From positions 1-64,000 of the forward strand of contig JAANOX010000253.1 of the NCBI GenBank assembly GCA_020184695.1: 64,000 bases of DNA, given 5' to 3'. The translations under genes were made by a program, and so were the position numbers. Under the pieces are notes generated by a model. It ran no database searches and had not been told where the DNA came from. It saw only the letters and a program-made list of their open reading frames with translations. The DNA is from Histomonas meleagridis 2922-C6/04-290x (lineage: Eukaryota; Protista; Parabasalia). Each line of letters begins with the position of its first letter. Within the stretch, counting starts at the first letter, position 1. Below, piece by piece: positions 22,514 through 36,700 of the stretch.

Positions 22514-23816
22514 GACCAGGCTTAAACTGATGGGTTTGAAAACTTTTTCAATATTTTACAGCTAATACTAAAAAAAACAGAAAGAACAAAAATATGTTAA
22601 TTTAGTCGGAATTTCTTGATCAAGTTCACATTTAGTAAATCTGCACACATGCCCTTAATGGCTTGTTAACAAAAAGAAATGAAAATCAATAAATTTATCA
22701 AGTTCCAATGATAAATAAATTAATTTGTCTCAATGCAGGGTAATGCATTCGTTCAAGGTCGCCTCTGAAATATTTATTGAAAAAGATTAAGAGTAAAATT
22801 GTTTAATAAAATAATTCCTTTGCAATGAATTAAAAGTTATGTTTGAAAAATTTTAAGTTTCTGTATTACTATCCTTTATTTTTTAATACACGAAGATATG
22901 AGGTTTATGATTTGGTAAATAATAATTACAATAACAAAAAACATCAAATTATACAATTTGATTCGTTTAAACTTTGCTCTCTTTTGAAATGCATTAAATC
23001 AGTTGTTATATTTATGCGAGAACAAAATATAAATAGAAAAATGATATGATAAATCATCATGAAGATAATATGCTTTTAGTAAAAATTCGAGATTTTAAGC
23101 ATTTTTCAGGAGGTGACGGATTTTGCTATAAAAAATAAATAATAATAAAAATGAATGTGATGTTTATTTATATATTTCTTATGCTAAGAATATCTTATGC
23201 ATAGCTTAGCATATAATGTTAAAATTGCAACACAATTGGCTAATCAATTTTTGAAATCGCATTCTGAAATGTATTGTGCAATTAAGCAACATAAGAAAAT
23301 ACAATAGCGTATAATAACATCAACAATTTGTATAAATCTTCGGTATTCAATTGAATTATATATTTAAATATTATAAATCAAATAGTTTAACAAATTATCT
23401 ATTATTTCGAGAGACTAATGTTTGTGTGAGGCTTTAAATAATAACATTTTAATCAAAAATTTTTTGATTAATAAAAAAAAAATAAAAACTGTGTGCGAAA
23501 TTTATAAATTTAAATATTATTCAACAAGTTATGTTCAATCAAAATTCATAAGAAATTATTGAAAATCACCATAAATATCGGATATGTATTATTCCAAAAA
23601 TGACTTTTAGTGACCGTTCAGAAATTGACAGTATTTTTAAGGAAAGCGGGTTATTTGAGAGGACTACAGGAAATTAATCTCAGAAAAATTGCCGTCATAT
23701 GACATTGATCCATTCAAATTCCCACCGTAAATTGTGGTTAATCAACTTTTTCAATCAAATCAAAGGTGTTTTTACCAACAAAGAAACAAACTTCAAGGGT
23801 CTAACTTCATTTTCCA

Positions 23817-24725
23817 ATGCAGATCCTCGAATTCAGGATTGTGGTACCTGTTGATTACTATAAATATGCAATTGGGAATCGATATATGAATTTTCTCTAT
23901 TTGGAAGCCGAAAAACAGCTCGATGAAGGAATCGAGATTCTAAAAAATGAACCATATAATAAAAATGGAGAAAAAGGTCAATACACCGAAAAAGTATATG
24001 ACATAAAATCTAAGCTACCTCTACAAATCAGTTTGTTTGTTCCAAACAAATATCTACATTTTCATGAAAAGTCATATAATGCTTATCCACACTTCTACAC
24101 TGAATATTCAGTCCCTGGATTAAAAGACAAATTTAAGCTTTCTATTGAGTCACAACATCTTGAATTTTCTCGTGGCATGAAAGCGCCAGATAATTTATTA
24201 AATTTAGATAAGAAAGAGCTTAAGAATCGTAAAGTCATTTATTTAGACGTCTTTAATGAGCCAATTGAACTAGATTCTCCCGAAGACAACATTCAAAATT
24301 TTGTCTGCCCAGAAGCCAATATTAACACACCAATTGACACTAAAGGTAAACCTAATCCAAAGAAGATCCCCAAATGGGTTAAAAACTACGATGGCCCCAT
24401 GACATTATGTGTTAAAGTTGTTCGATTTGAAATTAAATGGCCAGCTGCTCAAAAGGTCATTGATAAGTTCGTATCCAAAGTTGCGTATTTTAAGATTTTT
24501 ACCAATGCTAATAGGAAAGTTATTGCTTCTATGAAACAATGGTACAAAATGACGATTGAAGACATCTTGGAAATAGAAGACAAGGCGATAAAAGAACAGC
24601 GCCAAAAAGGAGAGTCCGCTAAAGACGAAGAAGAATCATCAAGTTCCAGCTCAGAAGGAAAAATTGATAAAGTCATTAAAGTTGGCGGAAAGGTAGCAAA
24701 GAAGATAAAATCCTTGAAGAAATGA
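23817..24725 (+). CDS. Phosphatidylinositol transfer protein (PITP family)
   Basis: EFRIVVPV..Y.IG..Y, EILKNEPY, GQYTEKVY, HEKSYNAYP, KWVKNYDGPMTLCVKVV and W..M motifs. Confidence 0.85.
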   Translation: MQILEFRIVVPVDYYKYAIGNRYMNFLYLEAEKQLDEGIEILKNEPYNKNGEKGQYTEKVYDIKSKLPLQISLFVPNKYLHFHEKSYNAYPHFYTEYSVPGLKDKFKLSIESQHLEFSRGMKAPDNLLNLDKKELKNRKVIYLDVFNEPIELDSPEDNIQNFVCPEANINTPIDTKGKPNPKKIPKWVKNYDGPMTLCVKVVRFEIKWPAAQKVIDKFVSKVAYFKIFTNANRKVIASMKQWYKMTIEDILEIEDKAIKEQRQKGESAKDEEESSSSSSEGKIDKVIKVGGKVAKKIKSLKK

Positions 24726-24965
24726 ATATTTATTTAAACAATTCCCTATTTTAACATGAAAAGTTCTGAAACAAAAAAAGTGTCTGAACTTTAATATAAA
24801 AAAGGCAATTTGTCACTTAAGGTTTTAATTCAAGCCATGATTTAAGGTCAAACATGTTGTGATTTTTCTTTCATACAATTTTAATTAAAATAACCGTTTG
24901 TGGTTTTTCCGTAACTGATTTAAATAGTTTACATTTTGTGAAATGACCAACGCTCAAAATCTAAA

Positions 24966-27900
24966 ATGCTGAGTTTCTTCTTTCTTTCAGCAATATTTCT
25001 TAATATTATTCACTGCAATGAAACACTAGAAATTACAGATGTGCCCAGTGTTGATTTAAGTACATATTCTTCATTAAAAAATACTGTAAAATATCTTATT
25101 ATTGGGCAAGGTGTAAATATAATTGGGCCATATGCATTTAGGTGGTGGCCTATTTTAAGTAAGATTACATTTGGTGATACAGTAAATCTAATTAATTATA
25201 ATGCTTTTGAATCATGTCCCCTTTTAGAAACAATAATCTTTTCCAGTGGTAAAAGTTTGAAAACGATTGGTGATTATGCATTTGTCTCATGTTCTTGCCT
25301 TAAAGAAATTACTCTTCCTGATGCTGTTGATTCACTTGGCCCATGTGCTTTCGAAGGATGCAGTCGTTTAGAAACTGCCACACTTAGTGGTAATATTCAA
25401 AGCATTCCAAGATATCTTTTTGAAGGATGTACCTCTCTTGAATCAGTCACACTTAGTTCTAGTGCAACATATATTAGTAACAGAGCATTTTACGGATGTT
25501 CTTCATTAAGCAAAATTACAATTCCAGAGAAAGTCAATACTATTGAAAGTGATGTTTTTTACCAATGCAAGCAATTAACCAGTGTTATTTTTAGTGGGAA
25601 TAATTCATTGAATATAATTGAATCAAGCGCATTTTATGAATGTACCAGTTTAGTTTCTATTGATTTACCAGAAAGCATTGTTACTATTGGTGCATCAGCA
25701 TTTAGTGATTGTTCTTCATTAGAAACAGTTAATCTCGGGAAAGAATTATCTAGATTATCTTCGAATGCATTTTCAGATTGTGTAAAGTTGAAGTCGATTG
25801 TAATTCCTGATTTACTTATAACCATTTCAAATAATGCATTTTTAGGGTGTACATCTTTAACTAAAGTTATTCTTGGTGAAAAAGTTGAAGAAATTGGATC
25901 TTCTTCATTTTCAGGCTGTTCAAATTTGGAAACATTTTTGTTCAATAAAAATATTATAACAATTTATTCGAAAGCATTTTATCAATGCACGAAATTAACG
26001 AATATTACATTACCAGAAACTCTTAAAACAATTCAACAACAATCATTTTATGAATGTGAAAATATATACGATATATGTATACCAAATCAAGTGAACGAAA
26101 TAGGTAATGAAGCGTTTTATCAATGCACAGGTTTAAGAAATGTAATAATTAAACCAAGTGTTTATAATTTTGGTTATAAAATATTTCAGAATTGCAAAAG
26201 TTTAACAACAGTTACATTTATGAAAAGTTTGGAATACATTTCAATATATACATTTGCATCATGTTCTTCATTAAGAAGTGTAACTTTCTTTGAAATTATT
26301 CCATCAATTAAATCGTATGCATTTTCAGAATGTACATCACTAGAAACAATTGCATTGGATAATGCAACTACAATTGATGAATATGCATTCTATAAATGTA
26401 CGTCATTACGAACAGTTACATTTGGAAATAATTTAACTTTAATTGATTCATATGCATTTGCATATTGTGAAAAATTATTACAAATTGATTTACCAGAAGG
26501 ACTTGAAACGATTGGACGATATGCATTTGAATATTGTGAAAGTATTTCAGAAGTTATACTTCCAAACACAACCAAAACACTTGGCGATTATGCATTTTAT
26601 GGATGTTCATCATTAACTACTTTTGTTGTTAATGACGGTATAAGTGGTTTCACAACAAGTGTATTTTCAGGTACTTCCATAAAGTATCTTACATTTTGTG
26701 GTTTATGGTCAATTGGAGATAATGCATATAAATCATTTACAACATTAGTTTCAATTGTATTTAAAAAAGGAATTACTAAAATTGGAAATTCAGCGTTTAG
26801 ATACTGTTCGAATTTGAAAAGTATTTCTACACTAGAAAGACTTACTGAACTTGGCTCGTATGCATTTGCGGAATGTACATCACTAGAAACAATTGCATTG
26901 GATAATGCAACTACAATTGATGAATATGCATTCTATAAATGTAAGTCATTACGAACAGTTACATTTGGAAATAATTTAACTTTAATTGATTCATATGCAT
27001 TTGCATATTGTGAAAAATTATTACAAATTGATTTACCAGAAGGACTTAAAACGATTGGACGATATGCATTTGAATATTGTGAAAGTATTTCAGAAGTTAT
27101 ACTTCCAAACACAACCAAAACACTTGGCGATTATGCATTTTATGGATGTTCATCATTAACTACTTTTGTTGTTAATGACGGTATAAGTGGTTTCACAACA
27201 AGTGTATTTTCAGGTACTTCCATAAAGTATCTTACATTTTGTGGTTTATGGTCAAATAGAGATAATGCATATAAATCATTTACAACATTAGTTTCAATTG
27301 TATTTAAAAAAGGAATTACTAAAATTGGAAATTCAGCGTTTAGATACTGTTCGAATTTGAAAAGTATTTCTACACTAGAAAGACTTACTGAACTTGGATC
27401 ATATGCATTTTCAGAATGTACATCACTAGAAACAATTGCATTTGGAAATAATTTAACTACAATTGATGAATATGCATTCTATAAATGTAAGTCATTACGA
27501 ACAGTTACATTTGGAAATAATTTAACTTTAATTGATTCATATGCATTTGCGGAATGTACATCACTAGAAACAATTGCATTGGATAATGCAACTACAATTG
27601 ATGAATATGCATTCTATAAATGTAAGTCATTACGAACAGTTACATTTGGAAATAATTTAACTTTAATTGATTCATATGCATTTGCATATTGTGAAAAATT
27701 ATTACAAATTGATTTACCAGAAGGACTTGAAACGATTGGACGATATGCATTTGAATATTGTGAAAGTATTTCAGAAGTTATACTTCCAAACACAACCAAA
27801 ACACTTGGCGATTATGCATTTTATGGATGTTCATCATTAACTACTTTTGTTGTTAATGACGGTATAAGTGGTTTTCCACAACAAGTGTATTTTCAGGTAC

Positions 27901-29417
27901 TTCCATAAAGTATCTTACATTTTGTGGTTTATGGTCAATTGGAGATAATGCATATAAATCATTTACAACATTAGTTTCAAAAAAAAAAAAAAAAGGAATT
28001 ACTAAAATTGGAAATTCAGCGTTTAGATACTGTTCGAATTTGAAAAGTATTTCTACACTAGAAAGACTTACTGAACTTGGCTCGTATGCATTTTCAGAAT
28101 GTACATCACTAGAATCAATTACATTTGGAAATAATTTAACTACAATTGATGAATATGCATTCTATAAATGTAAGTCATTACGAACAGTTACATTTGGAAA
28201 TAATTTAACTTTAATTGATTCATATGCATTTGCGGAATGTACATCACTAGAAACAATTGCATTGGATAATGCAACTACAATTGATGAATATGCATTCTAT
28301 AAATGTAAGTCATTACGAACAGTTACATTTGGAAATAATTTAACTTTAATTGATTCATATGCATTTGCATATTGTGAAAAATTATTACAAATTGATTTAC
28401 CAGAAGGACTTGAAACGATTGGACGATATGCATTTGAATATTGTGAAAGTATTTCAGAAGTTATACTTCCAAACACAACCAAAAACACTTGGCGATTATG
28501 CATTTTTTGGATGTTCATCATTAACTACTTTTGTTGTTAATGACGGTATAAGTGGTTTCACAACAAGTGTATTTTCAGGTACTTCCATAAAGTATCTTAC
28601 ATTTTGTGGTTTATGGTCAATTGGAGATAATGCATATAAATCATTTACAACATTAGTTTCAATTGTATTTAAAAAAGGAATTACTAAAATTGGAAATTCA
28701 GCGTTTAGATACTGTTCGAATTTGAAAAGTATTTCTACACTAGAAAGACTTACTGAACTTGGCTCGTATGCATTTTCAGAATGTACATCACTAGAAACAA
28801 TTGCATTTGGAAATAAATTAACTACAATTAATTCATATGCATTCTATAAATGTACGTCACTTCTCACACTTAATCTTAGGAAGGTAAATACAATAGGATC
28901 AAGTGCATTTTATGATTGCAAATCATTAAATTGCATTTATTATTATGGAAGTTCTTCAGTTTATATTTATTCTGATGCATTTTATGGAATTAAAGCAACA
29001 CATGTAATTGTATCTGATTCATATTACGGAGATAAATTCGGATCACTTTATATTATAAAGGATATACAAGAATGTAATGAATCAACAATATACCCCAAAG
29101 TTTCTTCTTCAAGTACAACGATTGCTGTCGTTGTTTCTCTTGTTGTTATCATAGTTATTATTATCATTGTGGTATTTGTTGTTTATCGTAGGAAACGTAA
29201 AATGGTGCAACGCAGTGAACAATTGCAGAATTCTTTGATAAATGAGGAATACCACGCAATGCCACAGGCCGCTGAAGCTGTTCCACCAGTAAATAATCCG
29301 TCTGTTATCACTCAGCCTGCACAAAAAACATTCGAAAACCCGTATAATAGCGTTGATGATCTAAGTAACCCTTACAACGAATTCAACTCAACGTTTGAGC
29401 AATCATACTACATATGA
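24966..29417 (+). CDS. BspA-like leucine-rich-repeat (TpLRR/LRR_5) surface protein with TM and cytoplasmic tail; frameshifts near 27875 and 28483
   Basis: Signal peptide MLSFFFLSA, ~22-23-aa repeats (LxxIxLPxxLxxIGxxAFxxCxxL), TM VVVSLVVIIVIIIIVVFVVY followed by RRKRK, and an NPY-containing tail. The ORF is split in the track (24966-27908, 28040-28540, 28350-29417). Confidence 0.85.
26320..28860 (+). repeat. Near-identical internal tandem duplications within the BspA gene (units recurring at 543- and ~681-nt spacing)
   Basis: The same segment (ECTSLETIALDNATTIDEYAFYKC...) recurs. Near-identical antisense shadow ORFs start at 26390, 26933, 27614 and 28297. Confidence 0.85.
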
Positions 29418-29828
29418 ACGGAGTGACAACAAGACCCAGAAGGCACTTAACTGAAATTAATTAAAATACTTTTGTAATTTGTATTTTAGTTTGTGCTGAT
29501 TTCATTACAAATTATATTTAGAAGAACTAAATGTTTTTTGGGCAAAAAAATAGAACAAAATTGGTAGGGGGCCACTAATGATGGGATTAAGTGTAACTTA
29601 ATAAGAGACCGTTTGCCCAATATCATTATTCAAAATAAAAAACAAAAAATAACTGTTGAATAAATTTGGTATTCACTGAAGTTTAATCGTCATTGATAAA
29701 CAATTCAAAAAAGCTATTCCGACGGTTGTTGATCATTTTTTTGATTGCGTTACAAAAAAGTGTGCTAAAGCGGTTTTGATCGGAGAAGATTAAATAAACT
29801 TCAGAATTCCTATTCCCAAAACATTTGG

Positions 29829-30470
29829 TTGATGAAGGTTCATGTGAAAGATATTTCAGGAATCAGCATTCAACTTGATATTCCACATGAAACATCAATC
29901 AAAGATATCAAACACATGATTTTCGAACAATTAGATGTAGCACCAAAATCACAAAATCTTGTATTCCAAGGGCAAATTCTTCAAGATCAAGACCATGTAG
30001 ATCTATGCGGAATACATAATGGAAGTGTTTTATATCTTACTCATCAAAAACCAATTAACTATCAGAATCAAAACTTTGAACAGTTTAAAAATCAAATTTT
30101 AAATAACAATGAATTTCAAAATCTAGTAGAAATGCTTCCAAGGGTTTTTAATGAGTTTGAAATTAATGAATTACTTCAGTTAAATCTTTTATTTTTATCA
30201 TCTGATGAAAACTTGAAAGAATTCTGCAAAATAGCAGATATGGGAATGAATAATTGTGAGCTTTCCCCATCTAATTACAATGATATGATTCAAGATTTAA
30301 AAGAAATTGATAATTATATTGAAGAAAAAAGAAATCCACATACAGTAATACCTACAAATCCTTCAGTGCCATCAGAATGTCCGCTTCCAAATCCTTTCTT
30401 TTTTGAAGAAATCGACGAAGATTGTTTCGATGAAAACGAATACGCGCGTTATTGTCGCTGCTTTATTTAA
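29829..30470 (+). CDS. Ubiquitin-like domain protein (ubiquilin/Dsk2-like N-terminal UBL)
   Basis: KVHVKDISG...SIKDIKHMI...QNLVFQGQILQD is a UBL fold. The C-terminal PTNPSVPSECPLPNP resembles ubiquilin-like proteins. Confidence 0.7.
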   Translation: MMKVHVKDISGISIQLDIPHETSIKDIKHMIFEQLDVAPKSQNLVFQGQILQDQDHVDLCGIHNGSVLYLTHQKPINYQNQNFEQFKNQILNNNEFQNLVEMLPRVFNEFEINELLQLNLLFLSSDENLKEFCKIADMGMNNCELSPSNYNDMIQDLKEIDNYIEEKRNPHTVIPTNPSVPSECPLPNPFFFEEIDEDCFDENEYARYCRCFI

Positions 30471-30708
30471 GTTTCTTAAATAAAATTTTTAGTATGTTTT
30501 ACTTTCTTTATTTCTTTCATGAAAACCATTTTCTATATTTTTTTTTACTGAGTTAAATATTTTTTATTATTTCATCATTTTCATTGTGATAAATTTTCCT
30601 TAATAATAAAACAAATGTAATTCTCTCGAATATTAATTAAAAAACAAAGAAAAAATAATTGTAACACATAATTTTTAGTGATACGAACAAAAAGTTTATT
30701 CAGCATAA

Positions 30709-33700
30709 TTAACTTATGCCAAATGAGCGAAGATGAATGATATCCGAACAAGATGGGCAAAAGTTACCACGCGCGCAATTAGAGCAAATTGGTGCATTAC
30801 AGAAGTTACATCGGAACTCCATTTTAGCGCAGCAATATTTGCACCGAATTGCGTAAGATTTCTCGTAGAAAAGTTGAACTTCGATCGAATATCCAAATCT
30901 TCCATCAGTGACCCAAATTTTCATTTCCTTTACATCTATGAAAATAGATTTTACAGGATTTTTGAAGAGTGATTTTTCACCAATTTTCAAAAATTGATAT
31001 TGATCATTAATTGTAAAGAATGAAATATTTCCAGACACGTCACCAACAACTGTTATTCTTCCATCGTAACTTGTCATACAAGGTAATAATTCTATAGTTG
31101 TAATTTCTTTCTCTACTTCTATTTCTCGAAGTTTTGCACAATTTAACGAGTATTGAATTATTGACTTTTTCAGTGCAACCGTCAGTACTCCTTCAAACTT
31201 GTCGTATAAAATTGACACCGGTTTTTCGGTTAATTCGATTTCTCGATGACGAACTTTAGATGCGATATTCCACACGACGATTTCATTATCATAAACACTT
31301 GCACAAAGGAAATCATCACTAAGTATTGTTGATTGATAGCATTCATTTAAATTCATGAAAGAAGAAACAAGGCTTAAAGAAACCGGAGTTTGTTCATTAT
31401 GAATAATTTGATAAACTTCGACCAAACCTATTGAATAAGAAACCGCCGCGAAAATTGAATCGTTTGAAACCGATATGTGTTTAACGAATTCAAATTTTGA
31501 ATCCATCTTCACAAACACTATTGAATTATCAGCGACTTTTCTGATGAGTAAAGCACTTTTTCCAGCGGTTATATAAAATTCGCATTTTGGATAAATAATT
31601 CCGCAAATTTTATCGATGCATTTTTCATTAATAAAAACAAAATCACCTTGTTTCGGTAACTTCATTTTATTCTCTTTCATTTTTTGGGTTAATAACGAAA
31701 GATTATTATATTTAAATAAAGATCTCTTCGGATGATTACTAGTGAACAATTGTATTGGACATTGTCCGAAGTTAATCACTTGATCCTCGAAAGCTTTTTG
31801 ATCCAAATGCAAAGACTCGGCCGTTGAAGTATGATAAGAACTTGGTAAGAACAAATTTTTAGCTTTAATTGCAGCTTCACCAGTTTGTTTACATCCGAAT
31901 ATCAAATCGATCCATTTATATAAATCTTCGGACTCTTCAAGGAATTTTCTATTCATCGAAGTATAGAAGTATTGAGAGTTCAATGCCCATTTTGGCAATG
32001 TTACTTCTGGGCATTCTACTGTTAAATTTGAAGGATTTAAAAGCATTTCAGGCACCGAATATAACTCCGGGATTAATTCCTTTAAATCAGTTTGATTTGT
32101 AGATGAAGCAGATAAATATGAATCGGAAATACTATAGAAATCTCTACGCGATGAATCCCAACCATCATTTAAGTCCCATAAGAAGAAGTTAAAAGGTGGT
32201 AAACGCATTAAGAACCAAAAGACTACACCAGGTAATGAATAATGACAACCATAAAAATATTTTGGTGATGTGTCTTGAAATGTTTCATCATAATGTTTCG
32301 CACGTTTTAATGATAATTGTCCCATTGGTAATGATAAATCTCTTGGCTCTAATTCAGGTGATATTACCCATGGGAACACTGGATATTGAGCTAAATCAGA
32401 GAATGATCGACCACTTGAAGCATTTAATAATAATAAATAATCGAAATTTGAGATTTCCCGATTAATCCACATATCTAAAGCATCTGTAATTCGAGGGATA
32501 TTAAATAAATGTGAATATGATGATAATTGTTTCCTAAATAAATAAGTTTTATTACGGAATATTTTCTCTATTTCTTCATAATCATTAAACGTATTAAATA
32601 TTAATATGAAATTAGGATCAAATAAATAATAAAATGAAAATGCGCGACTTTGATGTATATATAAATGTGGTCGTGTTAATACAATATGTTTATCTTCAAA
32701 GATTAAGACAATATGTCCACAAAATAATGATGTATGATGCCATTCATTTAATGATATCGATTCTGTAAATGGAATAAATGTTAATGGTTGATTTGGTTGA
32801 TCGATTAATATAATTTCATTATTTTCAAATTTGGATAATACTAATAATATCATTCGATCATTTTTTATAAATAAGATACAAGGAATTGGATATATATAAT
32901 AATATAAATATACTGAAAATATCATTGAAAATGGACCATAAAGAGTTTTGAAATCTTCAAATATATTCTTTAGGTTGATTAAATATGAATATTTAAATGG
33001 TGATTTATCATCAATAAAAGGAAAATAAAACCATTCTGGTGAACATTTTAAGAAGCCCATGAAATCAATTTGTTTAACTTTACTTGAAAAATTAACATTT
33101 TGTTTAAAGTCATTAATTTGAATTCGTTGATTATTCGTTGGTGAATTAATCTTAAATGGAGATGGTGATAATGATCTTGATTGATGAATAGGTAAACATA
33201 ATTGTGATAAATGATATGATTCTTTTGGTGTTTTCTCTTTGGAATATTTATTTTTATAATAATAATTCATAAATTTGAAATAATATTTTTCACTTTGACG
33301 TAATAAGTTATGAATATCAATGATTTGTAATTGTGTATTAATATATAAATTCGTGATTCGTAATATTTTTGAGGATAAATTAATTTTTGTACTTTGAATA
33401 TATTTCTTTTTATATATTGTTATTAAATTATTTCCAATTTCATTACGTTTCTTAATTCGTGATTCATTAGGTTGAAATGCTGATTTAATAAATGAATTCC
33501 ATTTGTTTTCTATATTTAATAAATCAGAATCTAATATTTTCTTATTTGTTAATTTGATTATTAAATATATATATTCATCTTTTTTATATTGCTTTAAATT
33601 ATAAATAAAAAATGAACAAAATTCATTATCATTTAAGATTTCATTTGTAAAAATTATTGATTGAAATGAATTAAATAAATCAAATAATTTTTGTAATTCA

Positions 33701-36700
33701 TTTTTACGTATAAAAATAAATGACAAAAGAATAAATAAACGAAATTCTTGAATAAATTCATTGTTTTTACGTTTTTCCATTATTGTTAATATAGTTGATA
33801 AAAGATTTATATAATTATCTTCAAATATATGTACGGACTTTAATGCAAAAGGTATTGGATTTATTAAATTAAGTTTATCAAAGTTATTTATATAATAATT
33901 TAATACTGAGATAGTTAATTCTTGTGAAAATCGTATATAATATGTTTTATATTGTAAAGGATTTCCTGAAATTATATCAATTAAATTATTTAAATTATTT
34001 GTGTTTTTATAAAAGATATTAACAAATAAATTAATAATTTTATGGAAATTAATTATTTCATATGTTTGTTCAGTAAATTCATTTTTATTATATCCATCAA
34101 ATTCTAAAGGTAATTCAGCATTTATAATATCTGGTTCATTTAACATCTTTTGATCCGAAATTGTATTTTTAAGTTCTTCTTTCGTTAAATTTATAGTTTT
34201 TTGTTCAGCAATATTTAACATTATTGTTTCATTATTATTTTCAAGTTGTAATGTTTCAGGTAAAATATTTAAATTTGATAATATTTGTAAATATGTTAAT
34301 ACATTAGTATTATTTAAATGTTGATAAGTAATTGATTCTGAGTTTAATAATGTATCTAAAACAATATTTAATAATTCGGAATTTTTTGATTTTTGATTTA
34401 TAAATGCTTCATTTATTAATGTTAACTTGATTAATTCACAAAGCATTGATAATATTGTACTAATAAATGAAGTTCTACGTAAAGAAATTTTTGTCGGAAA
34501 TGTTTTAATTTCATCATTACCATCTAATATATTAAAAGCTTTAATCCAAGCATTAATATCATTTGAAAATCTATAAAATGAATAATGACATAAAAACATA
34601 TCAATTATATATTTCGGATTTTTTGATGAATAAAATGATATTATATCGAAAAAGATATAAGATCTTTCATCATTAAATATTAATGAATATTTTAATAATT
34701 GTTGGAATGAAAATATTTCTTCTTTATATTGTTTTAATGATTCATAAAATATATTCAAAAGTTTTATTTGTAAATCTGATTCAAGTATTGACATTTGAAA
34801 CAATGATTTAATTGGAAACATTGAAGGAGATAAATTTAATTTCCAATCACATGAAGTTATAGCATGTATTAAAAATTGTTTAATTTTATTTTCCGTTACA
34901 TTAATATTAATTAAATTCGATATTAAAGAGATTAATTGAAATTGTATCTTTTCATTTATACCGGTCTTTAAAATAGATATTAAATTCGTTGATAAATTTT
35001 CGGTGTTTTCAATATATTCTAATTCTGATTTCGAATTATTAAATATTAAATCATTTTCAATTAAATGTAAAAATGATATAATTTGTTCATTTGGAAATAT
35101 AAAATATATTTCAATGTCTTTTAATATATAAACAAAGAATTTAGTTAATGTTCGACCTGTATATAACATTAAAGGTAATTGATGTAAAAATAATAAAAGA
35201 TTATCTTTTATTATATTTATATTTCTTTTCATAGATAATAATAATCGAAACCAAAATTTCTCTTCTTTAAAATGATATAATTTTTGTAATGATATTAAAT
35301 TTAAATATAATGAATTAAAGTCTTGAATATTATTTGCAGTATCTATTTTTTGAAATAATTCTTCGATTTGTATAAAATCATTAAAATATTTTCCAAATCC
35401 ATAATATCCAACGTTATAAACATTACCAAATATTTCTGGTTCAATAATAATTTGTTTATTAATTAATAAATGTTTAGATAACCAAAATGAATTAGTTAAT
35501 GATGAATTATCATCTCCAAATATTATATAATTTGGAAATGATTCGATTGATATATTAGTAATAACATTTGATTTATTATTTAAAGTAAAAATAATTTTTT
35601 CATTTGTAATTTTAATATTAATTAATACCCATTCATTCTTTAATAAATTTAATTCAATTCGTTGTGATGATGTTGGACTCCATAAACAAATTCGTGATTT
35701 TTGATATGTCAATTGGAAAATAGAAAATTTTAATATCGAAATTGGATCATTTTCATTTTCGAAATAATTTGGAATTAAGAATTTAAATTCGATTTCATTT
35801 ATAACGTTTTGTGAAATCTTTAAATAATTAATTTGATTATTTGGTATGAATTCATATAAAGGAATTTGAGGCATTTCCAAATTTATATTTAAATTCTTTA
35901 TGTTATTCTCCAAAAAATATTTAATAACTTTTGGTGTAACATATTGATTTGCTATATAATTTAAATTCGGTATATTATCATAAGGAATATTACGTTTTTC
36001 AAATGCTTTAATTCCATATTTTCCTGCATTATATAAACAAATAGGTGAATTATAATTAAACGTTTTAATGAATGGTAATAATGAAGGAATATTTAAGAAG
36101 TTTGTTTTCTCATTAATTGCTGCTTTATTTAATTCTTCTTTATCTATTTTAAATAATTCGGAATCATTATCTAATGAATTTATCCATTCATCAATTTTAG
36201 GTTGTTGTTTATATTTAGTAAAACTTTTTATTAAAAGAAATACATTTTTCGGATATTTCTCAATATATTGTTCAATGATATTAAATCCATTACATTGATC
36301 AAATAAATTAAATGAATCGATTTTACTTTCGATTTCATTTGTTAATATTAAAGTAATTTCATCATTTGATATATAGTTTAATAATAAACTCATTATATCA
36401 ACAGTAAATGAAATTTTTACCAAATCATTTAAAATTTTATAATAATTCGATTTATAAGGATTTAAGATGAAACTTATTATCGAAAATCGATAATCTTCGA
36501 TTTTATTTGATGAATATATTAATGTTAAAATCCTTTGAAATGATTCATTATTTGTTAGAAAGTCATGGAATTTCTTATTAAAGACGAAATTATCAAGAAA
36601 CTTTAAGTCAATTACTTTATCAATTAATTCTTTATTGTTTTGTAATAGGACAGTAATTGTAGTAAAAATAATTTCATCAAAATTATTAATGTTATTATCA

